DNA of 64,000 nucleotides from Lama glama. Lineage: Eukaryota. The position numbers and the translations under genes are program-made. Of this stretch, positions 29,531 to 43,259 are shown piece by piece (position 1 is the first letter of the stretch; every line of letters starts with the position of its first letter). The notes below the pieces were generated by a model. It saw only the letters and a program-made list of their open reading frames with translations. It did no database searches and was not told the origin of the DNA. Location: contig CM052817.1 in assembly GCA_028534125.1 (NCBI GenBank), positions 1,924,001-1,988,000 on the forward strand, read 5' to 3'.

Positions 29531-30414
29531 TCTCTTTATCCTTAGTTTTCGTTGAAGTGTAGTCAGTTTACAGTGTAAGTTTCAGGTGCACAGCAGTGTG
29601 GTCCACTTATACGTATAATTACACGTGTGCATTTTTCAGGTTCTTTTCCGCTACAGCTCATTGCAAGCAATTGGATGTAGTTCCCTGTGCTATACAGTAG
29701 GTCCTTGTTGTTTTTATTGTGTATCTGTTAATCCCAAACTCCTAACTTATCCCTCCCCTCCCCTCCCCCTTGCCCCCAGTAACCAGTTTGTTTTCTATGT
29801 CCATGAGTCTATTTCTGATATGTAAATAAAATGTGTATCTTTTTCTAGATTCCACATACAAGTGCCATCATATGATATTTGCCTTTCTCTGTCTGACTTA
29901 CTCCACTTAGTATAATAACTTCTAGCTCCATCCACATTGCTGCGAATGGCACTGTTTCATTCCTTTTCATGTCTCAGTAGTGCTCCGTTGTGTGCAAATG
30001 CACTGCACCTTCTTTATCCAGTCGTCTGCTGAGGGACATCAGGAGGCTTCCATGTCTTGCCTCTTGTATAATGTGCTGCTATGAACACTGGGGTGCAGAT
30101 GTCTTTTCAAATTACAGTCTTCTCCTGGCACATGCCCAGGAGTGGGATTGCTGGATCACAGGGTAACTCTATTTTTAGTTTTTTAAGGAATCTCCGCACT
30201 GTCCTCCACAGCGGCTGCACCAAACTGCATTCCCACCAGCAGTGCAGGAGGGCTCCCTGTTCTCCACAGCCTCTCCAGCCTTTATTATTTGTAGACTTTT
30301 TAATGATGGTCATTCTGACTGGTGTGAGGCGATACCTCATGGCAGATTTGATTCGCGTTTATCTAATAATTAGTGAAATTGAGCATCTTTTCATATGCCT
30401 GTTGGCCATCTGGA
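29531..30414 (-). mobile_element. 5'-truncated cetartiodactyl-type L1 nested in an older L1MB
   Basis: Minus ORF 30107-30340 is the ORF2 Cys-rich C-terminus ([15 protein letters not shown]...HCWWEC); flanking duplication cattttaaccattttc (29515-29530) / cattttaacattttc (30415-30429). Confidence 0.88.
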
Positions 30415-31260
30415 CATTTTAACATTTTCAAGCGTACAGGTCAGTAGCAGTAAGTACATTCGTATTGTTGTGCAGCCATCACCACCCTCCCCCCCCGTAA
30501 CTCACCTTGCAGAGCTGAAACTCTATCCCCATTAAACACTAACTCCTCACTCCCCTACCGCCAGCTGCTGGTGCCCACTAGTCCATTTTCTGTCTCTGAC
30601 TCCCCTAGGGAGACCTCACATAAGTGGAATCAAACAGTATTTGTCCTCCTGTGACTGGCTTATTTCCCTGAACATAACACCCTCAAAGTTCACTCGTGTT
30701 GTAGCAGGTGTCAGGATTTCCTTCCTTTTTGAGGCTGAGTAACATTCCACTGTGTGGATGGACCACGTTTTGTTCATCCATTCATCTGTCAGTGGACACC
30801 TGGGTTGCCCCCACTTTTTGGTTATCGTGAACAGCGCTGCTGTGGACGTGGGTGTACAAGAATCTGCTCCGACCTCTGCTTTCAGTTCTTCTGTGTTTAT
30901 GCCCAGAAGTGGGATTGCTGGATCATACAGTAGCTCCATTTCTAATTTTTTGAGGAAGCTCCATACTGTTTTCCATAGCGGCTGTACTAATTTACACTCC
31001 CACCAGCAGTGCACAAGGGTCCCCTTTCTGCACATCTTCACCAACATTTGCTATCTCTTGTCTCTTTGAGAGCAGCTGTTCTAGCAGGTGTGAGGTGGCA
31101 CCTCGTGGTTTTGATTCACATTTCCCTGATGCTCAGCCGCATTGAGCATCTTGTTGCGTGCCTGTCGGCCAGCTGTTTGTCTCCTGCGGAAAACTGTCTA
31201 TTCAGATCCTCTGCCTATTTTTACATCAGATGGTCTACCTTTTTCTATTGAGTTGTACCT
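30415..31260 (-). mobile_element. L1MB-type element (3' part; its extreme 3' end lies at about 29480-29530)
   Basis: Minus ORF 30616-31047 is the ORF2 C-terminus ([21 protein letters not shown]...[10 protein letters not shown]); L1MB-like 3' UTR. Confidence 0.85.
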
Positions 31261-34245
31261 AGCAAGTATTTTTATACGATAAATTCCTACCTGCAGCGTT
31301 GCAGGAGCCAAAGGATAGGTGTTGTCAAAATGCCTTCCCAGGATGCCACGGCCACGGGGAGCCCGGCGTGCAGATCCCGGCCCGCTCCTGCTCCGGCGGC
31401 CCTCAGTCCACGCCCACGAGACCCCTCCACGCAGGCCTCGCCCCACAGGCCCTTCTGCCTGCTTCTGAAACTTTCCTGTCTTTTTACACCTGTTTGTTCT
31501 TACTCCCCCACCAGGCTGATTCCTTATTAACTCACCGCTCAGTCCTGCTCCTGGGGCCTCCCCTGTGCAGGCTGCCCGAGGTGTGGGGACGGCCCCCCTC
31601 GGCGGCTCCCCCGCCAGCCCTCCTCCCTCTGCTGGGCGAGCTCCCGGAGCCTGTGAACCTTGAAATTTAGATTCCAGCCTCGTGCTTGACCCCTGCCTCC
31701 CTCATTTTCCGAAACGCCTTCCTCTTTTCCTGTTTGGAGAACTTTCAAGAACCTTTCCAAGTTCTCCTGGGAACAGTGCGGCTCCCTGGGGTGCCAGCTG
31801 GCATCTCCTGCAATTATCCTTAAATTATAGGGACAATTTATATTTCACAGTTGTTAGAAATATCAACTGCAGCTCAAGCCTTTGAAACGAATGGAATCTT
31901 AATGGGCAGCTGCATAGGTTACAGCCGGAGCGGGAGGCCCCGGTGGCGGGAGGGAGCCTGGGGCCGCCGTGCGGAGCAGTGAGCCTTGCAGCCGACGGGG
32001 GAGCCGTCGGGGGGAGTGGAGCCCACAGCCTGGACTCTGGGCTCCACGTTCAGTGTATGTCCCCCTGAAAATGCAGCCGGGCCCCAGGTCCACCCAGCTC
32101 ACAACCTCCACACTCGGATCTGAGCTCCTTTCCAACTGGGACTCGGGGTGCAGCCCGGCCCTGGTGCCCAGAGCCTGGGCCGCAGAGGGCTTCGTCCGAG
32201 GGATCTGGAGTCAGAGGTGTCCCCCACGGGGGGTCGTGGCGCTCAGCCCAGAACTGCAGTCCAGTGTCCGGAATCAGTTGTTTCACGGGTTTGGTCCGGT
32301 TTTCAGTTGTTTGAAGTGGAGGAGGGGCGAGTCCGTCCAGACCCTGTGACGCCACCGGGATGGAGCACGTAAGTCAATGGTACCTTTTGGTGGCAGACAT
32401 TTTACTTCTGACTAGGGCAAAATTATTGAATGAATTTTTCTTCTATGGCTAGAGCTCCTGTGTCCTAAGAGACCTTCACCACGGTCGTGAAGGTGCCTCC
32501 CCATGGCCTGTCTTGGCAGCTGTGCTGGCGTTTGGGCCTTTGAACCAACTCAGATTAACTACTGTGTGTGATGTGAGTTAGACGCCAGGGTTCATCTTCT
32601 CCCATGGTTATCCAGTTATAACAGCACTTTTGTTAAAAATCGTTCCCTTCCCCCACTGAATTTTTCTCATGCCTTTGTCAAAAATCAATTTACTGAACAT
32701 GAGTGGATGTCTTTCTATACTCCATTCAGTCCCCTTGGTCAAATGTCTACATTATCTTGATTGTTGTAGCTTTATAGAAAGTCTTGAGATCAGATGATAT
32801 CAACCTCTGAAATTTGTTATTCGTTTCTAAAATTATTTTAGTTACTACAGATCTTCCGTGTTTCCACGTACATTTTAAGTCAGCTTGTCAATTTGTCACT
32901 CTAAAAAAGCCTGCTGACATTTTGATTGGGATGGCGTCAATCTACAGATCAACTTGGTGAGAACTGACATGTTACCAGTCAGTACTGCATCTTGCCGTTT
33001 TCGAACAGGGTATCTCTCTCCCTTTGGAGAAATCTGATGCATACTTTATTAATCTATTCCTCAGTGTACAAATTCTCCAATTGTTTGTTGGGAGTGTATA
33101 GAACTATGTTTATGTCTGTAGCCTACAACCCTACCAAACTCAAAGATTGGTCTAATGGCTTTTTAAATAAATTCCTTAGGACTTTCTGTGTTCACAATCA
33201 TGTTTCTTGTGAATGAAGGCAGTTTACTTCTTGCTCTCTAAACTGTATGCCTTTTATTCCTGTTTCTTGCTTTATTTTTTTGGCTGGGGCCTCCCGTACA
33301 ATGTTGAAAAGAAGTTATGAGAGCAGCAGCCTGGCTTCATTCTTAGGGGAAAGATACCCAGGCTTTCGCCAGTGAGTCTGAGGTTAGCTGTAGGTTGTTC
33401 ATAGATGCTCTTTACCAAATTGAGGCAGTTTCCTTCTATTTTTAGTTTAGAGATTTTAATCACAAATGAGTATGAATTTTGACAAATGCTTTCTCTGCAC
33501 ATATTGAGATAATCGCAAGATTGTTTTCCTTTATTTCATTAATGTGGTGAATTACAAGTTTCGCTTTTCGAGTGTTAAACCAACTTTGCATTCCTGGGAT
33601 AAACCATACTGTTCATGGTGTGTTATTCAAGTCAGTGATGTTTTGCTAAGGATTTTTGTATCTATGTTCATGAAGCGTAGATCTGCAATTTCTTTTTCTC
33701 ATGATGTCCTCATCAAGTTTTGGTATCGGAGACATGCAGGCCTCATAAAATGAGTTCAGAAGTATTCCATCCTTCTCTATTTTCTGAAAAATTTGTGTAA
33801 AAATGGTATTATTTCTTCCTTAATTATTTGGTTCAGTCCAACACCATATGGTCCTGGGATTTTATTTGTGGGTAACTCTCTTTATGGAAAATGCTGTTTT
33901 TCCCCTAAAATTTTATTATGAAAATTTCAACCACTCAGAAAAAATGGACAGAATTATGTAATGAGCAGTCATATCCGTTTCCTAAATTAACATTTTGTTA
34001 TACTTTCCTCATCAGATATCTATCACATCATCTTATTTTGTGATGCATTCCTAAGTAAGTCACAGACACCAGCACATTTTCCCTTAAAGATTCTTAATCA
34101 TTAATTCAACTTATTTAACTGACATTCAGGCTATTCAGACTTTCTACTTCCTCTTGTATAATTTTTGTTTTGTTTTTAAAGGAATTTTTCCATTTTTATA
34201 TAAAAGTCTGTGGTCATCAAGTTGTTCATACTCTTCTAGCCTTTA

Positions 34246-34303
34246 TTTATTTATTTTTAAACACTTTTAATTGATTTATAATAATTTTACAATATTGTGT
34301 CAA
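34246..34303 (-). mobile_element. Very short young L1 3'-end insertion
   Basis: T-rich tail plus aattgatttataataattttacaatattgtgtcaa, flanked by ttctagccttta (34234-34245) / ttctatccttta (34304-34315). Confidence 0.65.
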
Positions 34304-35869
34304 TTCTATCCTTTAAATATCTGTGGGCTTGGTAATGATATTCCTGATATTCGCAGTTTGTTTTTCCTTCTCTCGTTACTCTTACTAAGGTTTGATAAAT
34401 TGTATTAATCTTTTTGAAAAACCAACTTTTGGCTCTCTAATTTATGTGTTTATTTTTCTTCTGTGCTTTGACTCCTCTCTCTTTCACTACTTTCCACTCT
34501 TATTTTTATTATTTCTTTCCTTCATTTATTTTAGGTTTAATTTACTCTTTATTTTCTTGCTTCTTCATGTGAAAGCTTAGATCATTAATTTCAAGCCACT
34601 GTTTTCTGTTACAAACGTTTTCAATTATAAGTTTACCCCTATAAGAACTTTAGCTATGTACTACAATTCTTAATAATTTGAGTTTTTTATAATTCAGTTA
34701 AAAGTATTTTTCTAATTTCTTTAATGATTTCTTCTTTGACCTGTGGATTATTTAGAATTGTGTTACCTACTTGTCAAAAATCGAGTGATTTTCTAGATCT
34801 CATTATTGATTTCTGTTGTTGTCAGAGAACTTAACACTTCATGACTCCAATCTTTTAAAATTAATAAGATTGATTTCATGGCCCAGCATATGTTCTCTCC
34901 TGGTAAATGTTCTGTGTACTCTTGAAACCAGTCTGTATTCTGTAGCTGGTGGGCATCATCTCCTACACACATTAACTAGATTAGGTTGTTTGATGGTGGT
35001 GTTCAAATCTTTCATATGCTTATTGATTATTTTGTCTGTTTTTCTCATCAATTTATTACATAAAAATATTAAAATATTAAATTGTAAGTATGTTTTGTCT
35101 ATTATTACTGTCTCCTTTTAATTTTCACAATTTTGCTTCAAATATTTGAAGATACAGCCACTCCAAATTTCTTATGGCTATTTTTTCACAGTATTTCTTT
35201 TTCTATCCTTTCACTTTCAGTCTAAATGTGTTTTAATATTTAAATAGTGTTTCTGTTAAACTAGAATGTAGCAGTTTTTTAAAAACCCAATCTGAAATGT
35301 TCTTCCTTTTAATGGGAGCATTTAGCCCATTTATATTTAATGTAATTGGTGATATTATAAGTTTAAGTCTACCTATAATCTTACTGTTTACTGTTTGTCC
35401 TATTTGTTCTTTGCCCTTTTGTTTCTCCCTTTGCTGCTTTCTTTTGGATTAACTGATTTAAAATTTTTTTAAAATTTTAACCCTTCCATTGAGTTTTAGC
35501 TATAATACTCTGAGGTATTTTTTTAGAGGTTGCTCCAGGGATTCCAGTATGTACCCTTAATTTACCTCAGTCTGCTTTGAAATCGTATTATACTGCTTCA
35601 CGTGTAATGTAAGAACCTTTCAACATATGATTCCATTTCCTTCCCATCTTTTTGCTATTGTTGCATATTTTTACATGTACTTTTGTTATAAACCTCATAA
35701 AATATTGTTATTATATTTGCTTTAAATGTACAATTATCCTCTAAAGAAATAAAGAAAAGGGAAAAGGTTTTTCATATCCACCATTTCTAGTGCTCTTCAT
35801 TTCTTCGTGTGGACCCAGATTTCCATCTGGCATCATTTCCCTTCAGCCAAAGAACTTCTTTTAACATTT

Positions 35870-36070
35870 TTGTTGTTGTTGTTTTGTATATATATATATA
35901 TATTTTTTTTAATTGAAGTACAGTTTACTCTGGTGTACAGCACATTGCCTCAGTCATACATAAACACACATATGTTTGCTTTCATATTCTTTTTCACTGT
36001 AAGTCTCTACAAGATATTGAATATAATTCCCTGTGCTGTACAGTATGAACTTGTTATCTATTTTGTGTAT
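35870..36070 (-). mobile_element. Short lineage-specific L1 3'-end insertion
   Basis: ttttaattgaagtacag...attccctgtgctgtacag; flanked by cttttaacattt (35858-35869) / cttttagcattt (36071-36082). Confidence 0.75.
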
Positions 36071-37899
36071 CTTTTAGCATTTGTTGCAGCATGCAGATAC
36101 TAGTAATGGATTCACTTTTGTTTACCTGCAAATGCCTTTATTTTGCCCTTATTTCTCAAAGGTATTTTTACTGGATGTAGACTTCTCAGTTGACAGTTTT
36201 TCTTCCCATTCTTTTAAAAATGTTGCTCTTGTGTCTTGGGGCTTCCGTTGTTTCTGATAAGAACTCAGTCATTTTTATTATTGCAGTAATATAAGTCATC
36301 TTTTTCTCCCTCTGAATGCGTCTAAGATTTTAGCTTTTGTTTCCGACAATTTGCGCCTACATTTGTTTTCTTTGTGTTTATCCTGTTTGGGGTTTGTTGA
36401 GCTTAGGGATCTATGGATTGATTTTCAAAAAACCAAACTTGAGAAAAATGTGCCCATTTCTTTTCATGTATTTCTCCTAGTTTCTCTTTCTAGGACTCCA
36501 ATTACAAGTATGTCTCATCACTCGATTTTATCTCATAGGCCACAGGCACACTTGTCCTTTTGCTCAGTGTTTTTTTCCCCTCTCTGTGATTTGGTTTGGA
36601 GTATTCATATTGATCTGTCTTCAAGTGCACTGAAATTTCCTTTTTCAGTGTCTAGAAACCTAGCCAATAATTTTTATTTCAGGTATTGTGATAATGTAGT
36701 TTTCAGTTATTGAATTTCTCCTGAGATTCTAGCGTTTCCATTTGTCTTCTGAAATCCCCCATCTCTGTATCTGTTATTTCTATCTTTATCCGTAGATTCT
36801 TGTACATAGCTATATATTGTTTTATATTATGTGTCGGTTAATTTCAATTCTTGGATCACCCTGAGTCTACATCTTCTGATCGTGTTTTCTTCTAATGATG
36901 GGTCAAATTTTTCTGCTTCTTCACGTTTCTTGTAATTTTTTATTTCATTCCAGACATTGTGTGTAAATGAACAGTAGCAACTGATATGTAATATTTTGTT
37001 TTGATTTTGTTCTGCACAGAATGCAAGCCATGTCCTCAGTTTGAGTGAAAGGCTTATCATTCAGATTCCTCCAAAAGTCAAGTTTAATTATATTCAGTTT
37101 GCTTACTTTTAGCCTAAATCTCCACCTCCCACTGCCCTGCAGCCTTTTTGATCTCGTCAGTGTTTGAGCCAAGAGGCCGAGTTCGGTGTCAGGCATACTT
37201 GGTTCACCTCAGCTTTCACTCTGGCAGAGCACTGGCATCGCAGCCCCGTGAGCGCTGGGAGAGCTGCCTTCTGTCCGCTGTCCGAACCTCTCCTCTCACG
37301 TTCTTTACAAAACCCGGGTGTGGGTGGGAGAGGGTAGGGCTTAGTGACTTGCCATCTAAGACGGCCGTTTCTCCCCATCCCTGCTCCTCCACCTGCTCGT
37401 CTGCAGCCCACGCTCCCATTCCAGGCGTGGACGTCGCTGCCATACTCTGTTCTTGATGAATTAACTGCTCATCTTTCTCAGGAATTCTGTTCATAAACGA
37501 TTCCTTGCACCCACTGGTCTACTAACCCCATAGAAAACTGAAACTTTTCCCTCTGAATTTTTCTTACTGTTACGACGGGAGTGGAAGCCCACGTGGAGAG
37601 GAAGCCCCTTTTCTTTCCTTTGTGAAGCTCCCTGTTGAAAGAAGTTAGGTTAAGGTCCACGATAGATGAGCAGATCCGCCACCTCCTCCGTCGCGGGCGA
37701 AGTGAATGCCGTAGATTCCCACGGGATACATGCTGACGTCCGCTTGCCTTGCTTGTGTCCAGAGGTCCTCGGAAATTAGCAGAGCCTTCGCTGTGGTTTC
37801 CTGTGTTGGCTGGGGGGCATTTTGCGATGCTGAGGGTCCACATCCCTCATCTATTTACGGGCAGTGGGGCTGGAACTGGCAGTGACGTGCGCCACCTCT

Positions 37900-39300
37900 A
37901 TGTCACACCCACAACAAGGTGGACACTGGACACTAAAGCTGTGAATCGTTTATTTAATAATATTCAATTAAATTTTCAGCAATGAAATAGAGTGATTTTA
38001 CCCTTATTTAAATACTTGAAAAGATCGTCAGGGGAAGACTGTGCTTATGGTGCTGTCGCAATGCATAAAGGAAAAAGTAAACAAGCCAAAACTTTGGCCA
38101 GAAACCCAGAAAGCTCCTCCGTGCCAGCGCCGGCACGGAGCCTGAATTCATTACTGGGAGCCGTGGCTTTGAGGACGCCAGTGGTGATGATGTGCTTGGG
38201 AACAGGATGATGGTCGCACTCGGTGGCTTCTGCATCTGCCCAAAGACAGGCCTCTTGATGAAGCATGTGTCATATTTGGCCTTACACGCAGCCTCAGCAG
38301 CACAAAAAGAATGTCATTAAATGCTGTTAAAGCAATTAGATTTAATTTATACAAGATTCAAGCTGCATTACAGGAGTTAAGTGAAATAGCAGAACATCTG
38401 AGATAAAGATGAATGTGGTCTTCAGAGGAAAATGAAACAGGTTTCAGATTTGCTTTATTCTAGTCTTTGGTATGTTGATTGCTAGTGATAACCTTAGAAA
38501 AAGCTTACCAAAAAAAGAAAAAGAAAAAGAATTATGCAAGGTTGACTATTTCATGTTTAAAAAATGAAAAACTTTTCTTTTATTGGGGAGAAAATAGCTT
38601 TTCTCCATCAAAAAAAAACTGCATGTAAAACAAGCAACAAAAATAGCGTTCTAGTAAAATGCAAGGACACCAGAAGGAAATGGAAGTGCCTGCTTGATGG
38701 GGAAGGAGATGATCTGTGTAAAAACAACCTGAAGTCGTTCCTTAGATGTTGTCCTCTGTCCTTTTAGATTAAGCCATAATCTCAACCGAAGAGACATTTG
38801 AATAAATTGAGTAATATTTTGGTATTTTAAAAATAACATCTCAACATTGAAAATCTGAAATGAGAACTTTAGAAATCCTGCATGAAGCGAGATATAGTTT
38901 AAAGAGAAGGTGAAAACCTTGCCATGTGATAGTGGTTCCTATGATGAAATTAAACTAGATTGTAATGTTTTCTGTGATAATGAGAATGTATTGCATGCAA
39001 TCCCACAGCATTTGAACATGATGCATAAAATCTGTGGCTCTTTTTCAACTGTAAATGTTTGCTTTTGCCTCAGCAGAGAAAAGCTTCTTCAAATTGAAAA
39101 TACAACACAAACTGAAATCTAGATTATAACAACGTAATTACAGATTCTGCTAAAATGAATACAGGAAAAGGTTTTGTAATAACTATCATTTGCTATATTT
39201 ACAAATTTATGAATAGAGCATTGTTTTCTGTTATTGCCCATCCAGTCACAGTGGACCCATAAAAACCTCGACGTAAGTAACGATACGCAGTTGTGGTATT
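37900..39300 (+). mobile_element. hAT-Tip100 (Zaphod-like) transposase fossil
   Basis: ORF 37992-38210 GEDCAYGAVAMHKGKSKQAKTLARNPESSSVPAPARSLNSLLG resembles the hAT motif GQxYDxAxxMxG...NPxAxxVPCxxHSLNL; further on NAVKAIRFNLYKIQAALQELSE. Confidence 0.6.
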
Positions 39301-39334
39301 TTGCTATTGTGTGGTCGTGTAAAAGCCAGAGCTT

Positions 39335-40348
39335 ATGAAGACATACGAATGGCCAATATGCACCTGACAGGGTGCTCAACATCATTAACCATCAGAGAAA
39401 TGCAAACCAAACCCACAAAGAGATACCACCTCATACCCATCAGAATGGCCACCAAAAAAAAAAAACAAAACCCCAGAAAATAGCAAGTGTTAGCAAGGAT
39501 GAGGAGAAGCTGGAATCCTCATGCACTGTCTGTGGGATGTAAAATGCCTTTGCACAAAACAGCATGGTGGTTCTTCAAAAAATTGAAAACAGAATTACCA
39601 TATGAATCAAAATTTCCACTTCTTGGTATAAACCCCAAAGAACTGAAAGCAGACACTGGAACAGATACTTGTACACCCACGTCCACAGCCGCATCCTTCA
39701 CAACAGCCAATGTCCGCTGACAGATAAATGGATAACAAAATGTGGTCCATCCACACAACAGGATCATTGTGAAGCCTGAAGAGGAAGGAAACCGTGACAC
39801 CTGCTGAACATGGATGAACCTGGAGACGTGATGCTCAGTGAAATAGGCCAGGCACAAGAAGGGAAATCCTGTATGATTCCACTAACATGAGGTCCCCAGA
39901 GGAGTCAAGTCCTTAGAGACAGAAAGTAGAGCAGTGGGCACCAGGGGAGGGGGAGGGGGAATTAGTGCTTAACGGGGGAAGAGTTTGGGAAGATGAGAAA
40001 GTTCTTGTGCATGGGTGGTGGTGATGGCTGCACAACAGTGCGAATGCACTTAATGCCACTGAGCTGTGCACTTAAAAACAGTTAATGAGATTTGCAAATT
40101 TTAGCCACTATATATAAAATAGATAAAAGACCAAATTACTTCTGTATAGCACAGGGGACTGTATTCAATATCTTGTAATAACCTTTAATGAAAAAGAATA
40201 TGAAAATGAATATATGTGTGTATATGCGTGACTGGGACGTTGTGCTGTGCACCAGAGACTGGCACATTGCAACTGACTGTACTTCAATAATACAAAAAAA
40301 TAGTTAAGATGGTAAATTTTATGTTTGTCTATCTTACCACAATTTTTA
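39335..40348 (+). mobile_element. L1MB-type element (3' part)
   Basis: [38 protein letters not shown] and WWFFKKLKTELPY are ORF2 C-terminal remnants; 3' UTR ends ttaccacaatttttaaa. Confidence 0.88.
40086..40295 (+). mobile_element. Young lineage-specific L1 3' end nested in L1MB
   Basis: ctatatataaaatagataaa...actgactgtacttcaataa plus A-tail; target duplication aaaaacagttaa (40074-40085) / aaaaatagttaa (40296-40307). Confidence 0.85.
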
Positions 40349-43259
40349 AATATTGGGGAAAAAACCCATTAGCTTTAGCTCCATTTTTCCATTTTGTTTT
40401 GTGGGAATTTTGTCAAGATGGAAGGACGAAAGGATGTTACCAAACATTGCACTGGCTTCACTTACATGTACTGGTATTTGGGCAAACGGGGCATGTGGTT
40501 CCCATGACTCTGGGGCAGTGAGTATCGGGGCGCCGTGGACGTGCTGGCGGCGGCAGGGACCCTGCCCCTGGATGCTGGGGTCCTAGTCTGTCGGGGCGGC
40601 TTCTACAATGTCCCCCTGGGGCTGGGGGCTTAGAAGACAATCAGAACCCCTCAGAGCTCTGGAGGTGGGGAGCCAAGACCGAGGCGCTGGCAGGTCCGGC
40701 CTCCGGTGAGGACCCGCTTCCCGGTGCATGGACAGCGTTGTCCCACCGCGACCTCTAGTGACCCAGAGGGCAGGGAGCTCCCCGGGGTCCTGTTCATAAG
40801 GGCACCCAAGGCACTCACGAGGGCTCTGCCATCTCCAGGACACAGACATCCAGGCCACAGCACCGAGCGCTGGGATTCTGCTGACGAGGAGGCTGACCCG
40901 CCCCGGAGCCGGAGCTGGCCGACACCTGAGCTTGGGGGCGCGGGTCCGGGCCTGGCCAGCCTCGCCGACACTCCTCCTCGGGAACAGCGGGAACAGACGC
41001 ACGCCCGGTGGCCGTGCTTGCTGCTCCTCTGGGTGCTGGCAAGCTGGGCCTGCAGTGTGAATGGACCAGAGCTTGGAGCAGCTTGAGGAGGCAGGCAGGG
41101 CAGCCCACCGGGAGGCTGGAGGCCAGGCTGGGCACCGTCGCCTGAGCCCCGGGCTCCAGGCTGTGAATGGGCAGGAGCAAGACGTGGGGGGCAGAGGATG
41201 GAAAGGCTGGCAGGGACAGCACCCAGCAGCACCAGGTACCCAGGGGCACCCACCAGCCATGGCCTTGGTGCTGAGCCTGCCCAAGGGAATTTGGCACAGA
41301 CAGGGCCCCTCCAGACACAGGCTCGCCGGGCCAGCTGCTTCAGCTTGTGCACACAGGGGAGACTGATGCAGAACGAGGAACGGGCCATTTAAAAAAGGGG
41401 TACTGGTTCCTCCAAAGTCCTCATCTGAAACGCGAGTCCCTGTGTCCTCCCGGGGGCAGAGCGCGGGATGAGACTTCATTGCGGCATCGCCAAGATCTCA
41501 AAGTGCCATGTTTAGAAATGACCCCCTTGTCATTTCCATGTTTTGCGGCGATGTTTCTGATTTCTTATTTATTCTCTGTGAAGGAAAACACAACCTCCTA
41601 ACATGCATTTCCCCACAGTAAGTGCGTTTCCAGCAGGACGAGTTCTGATCCAGTTGTGTCTAAGTGCTTCAGGAGAAAAAGCACTTTGAAGTCGGGTCCC
41701 CAGGGGAGGGGTCATTCACACCCCACAGGGGCCCCTTCTCCTGCTTCGTGAGCTTGCCCGCGTAAGCCTGCCTGTCCGGCCCCTGTGGTCTTTCCTGGGG
41801 CCTCAGGGGAAAGCGGAGCACTTCTGGTGCAGAAACGTGGTGCTCGTCTGGTTGGCGAGCGCATGTTCTGCTCTGAAGCAGTATGGTCTATTTCGCTAAT
41901 GCATACTCTGTTTGGTAACAGTGTCCCTAATGAGTACAAGTTCTATTTGGTAACAATATGCTGTATTTAATTAATTTCATGTGTTTCAGTTAAATACAAC
42001 ATATGCTTCATTTGATTTTATTCTGTCCACCAATCCTAGGGGATTTTAAAACACAGGGTACAGCTGGTGGGTTGTGCAGACGTTCAGGGTCAGGTGGTCT
42101 GCCCAGCCCGGAAGGCGAGGATTTCGGGGTGGGGGTGAGCAGGGCCCAAGCTGGGGGCACTTGGCCCCATGTCCAAAGCCCTGTGCCCCCAGCTGCCCTA
42201 GCTAGCCCCTGGGTTCCATGCCAGCCTTGCCCCCTGGTTCTTGGTCCCTGTCTCCTCTCCTGCCCCCACTGCTGCCTCGAGCCTCTTGAACCCAACACGT
42301 CCCTCCTTGAGGCTGGGTCACTGTCCCCACTCCCCAGGGTCACCGCTGCCCCTCTTGTTGTCCCCCCAACACACACAGCCAAGGGCTCTTGTGGGAACAC
42401 ACATCTGCCCAGGGGCCTGGACATGGTTCCCAAACACTTCCTGAAGCAACCCTCTTGGCCTGCTGGCCCCCTGGGCCATCTCACCTGCTGGGCTGGTCCA
42501 CCAGGAACCCCTGGAGCCTCCTGCTCTCCTGCCCTAAACACTCGTCCCCAAGTCTGGCACGTGCCTAGTATGGATGGACACTCAGACATCTACCCTCTGA
42601 TGGTCCTTCCTGTACAGGAGTGCAGGGTGGAGGTGGGTGGTCCGGGGGGTGTGAGACAGACCTGGACTTGGCCCCTACAGAGTGCTGGACCGGTGACAGG
42701 GTGTGTGTGACTTCTGGGCGGAGCCCTGATAGTGAGGAGGCAGCTGATGGTCGTGAGGGTGGCTTCCTAGCCGTCTGGCCAAGGACAGGCACGTGGGGTG
42801 GGCACCTACTAGGGAGAAGGGAGAGGACCTTGGGTCATGCTGGTGGCTTGACCACCGGCTTTCTGATCTGGCCTTGTTTCCAGCTGCACAGGGGATGCCT
42901 GGCTGTAAGGCCTAAGCGCCAATCCCCTCAACTTCTTGGAAGGCAGAAAGGGGCCTTGTAGAGGGGAGCCTGGAACATTTGCCTTGGGACTCGGACAGCA
43001 GGGCCCCTGGGGATTCTGAGCAGGAATGGCAGGGCTGAGGCAGGCTCGGGAGAGGGCCCTGGCAGTGTGTGCCCACTGGCCTGCTGATGGCCCAGGGCTT
43101 AGGAAGGGGCTGTGTGGAGCTGTGCCAGGCTCTGTGAGTCAGATCCCAGCTCTCGCACCTGGCAGCGGTCTGTGCGGGACCCTTCTGCGACGCCGGACTG
43201 TGGAGTCAGGCAAACCTGGGGTCTCCCAGACCAGGAGGAGACCCCCCACCACAGGTCAC

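Larger units (their letters stand above)
32400..37000 (-). mobile_element. Long decayed L1M-type element(s), ORF2/ORF1 region, with small nested insertions
   Basis: T-rich block; minus ORF 33272-33502 (KLKIEGNCLNLVKSIYEQPTANLRLTGESLGIFPLR) matches the L1 reverse transcriptase region; boundaries approximate. Confidence 0.8.

Noticed and set aside
30081..31069. Plus-strand ORFs resembling 'hypothetical proteins'
   Set aside because: Antisense translations of L1 ORF2 3' ends.
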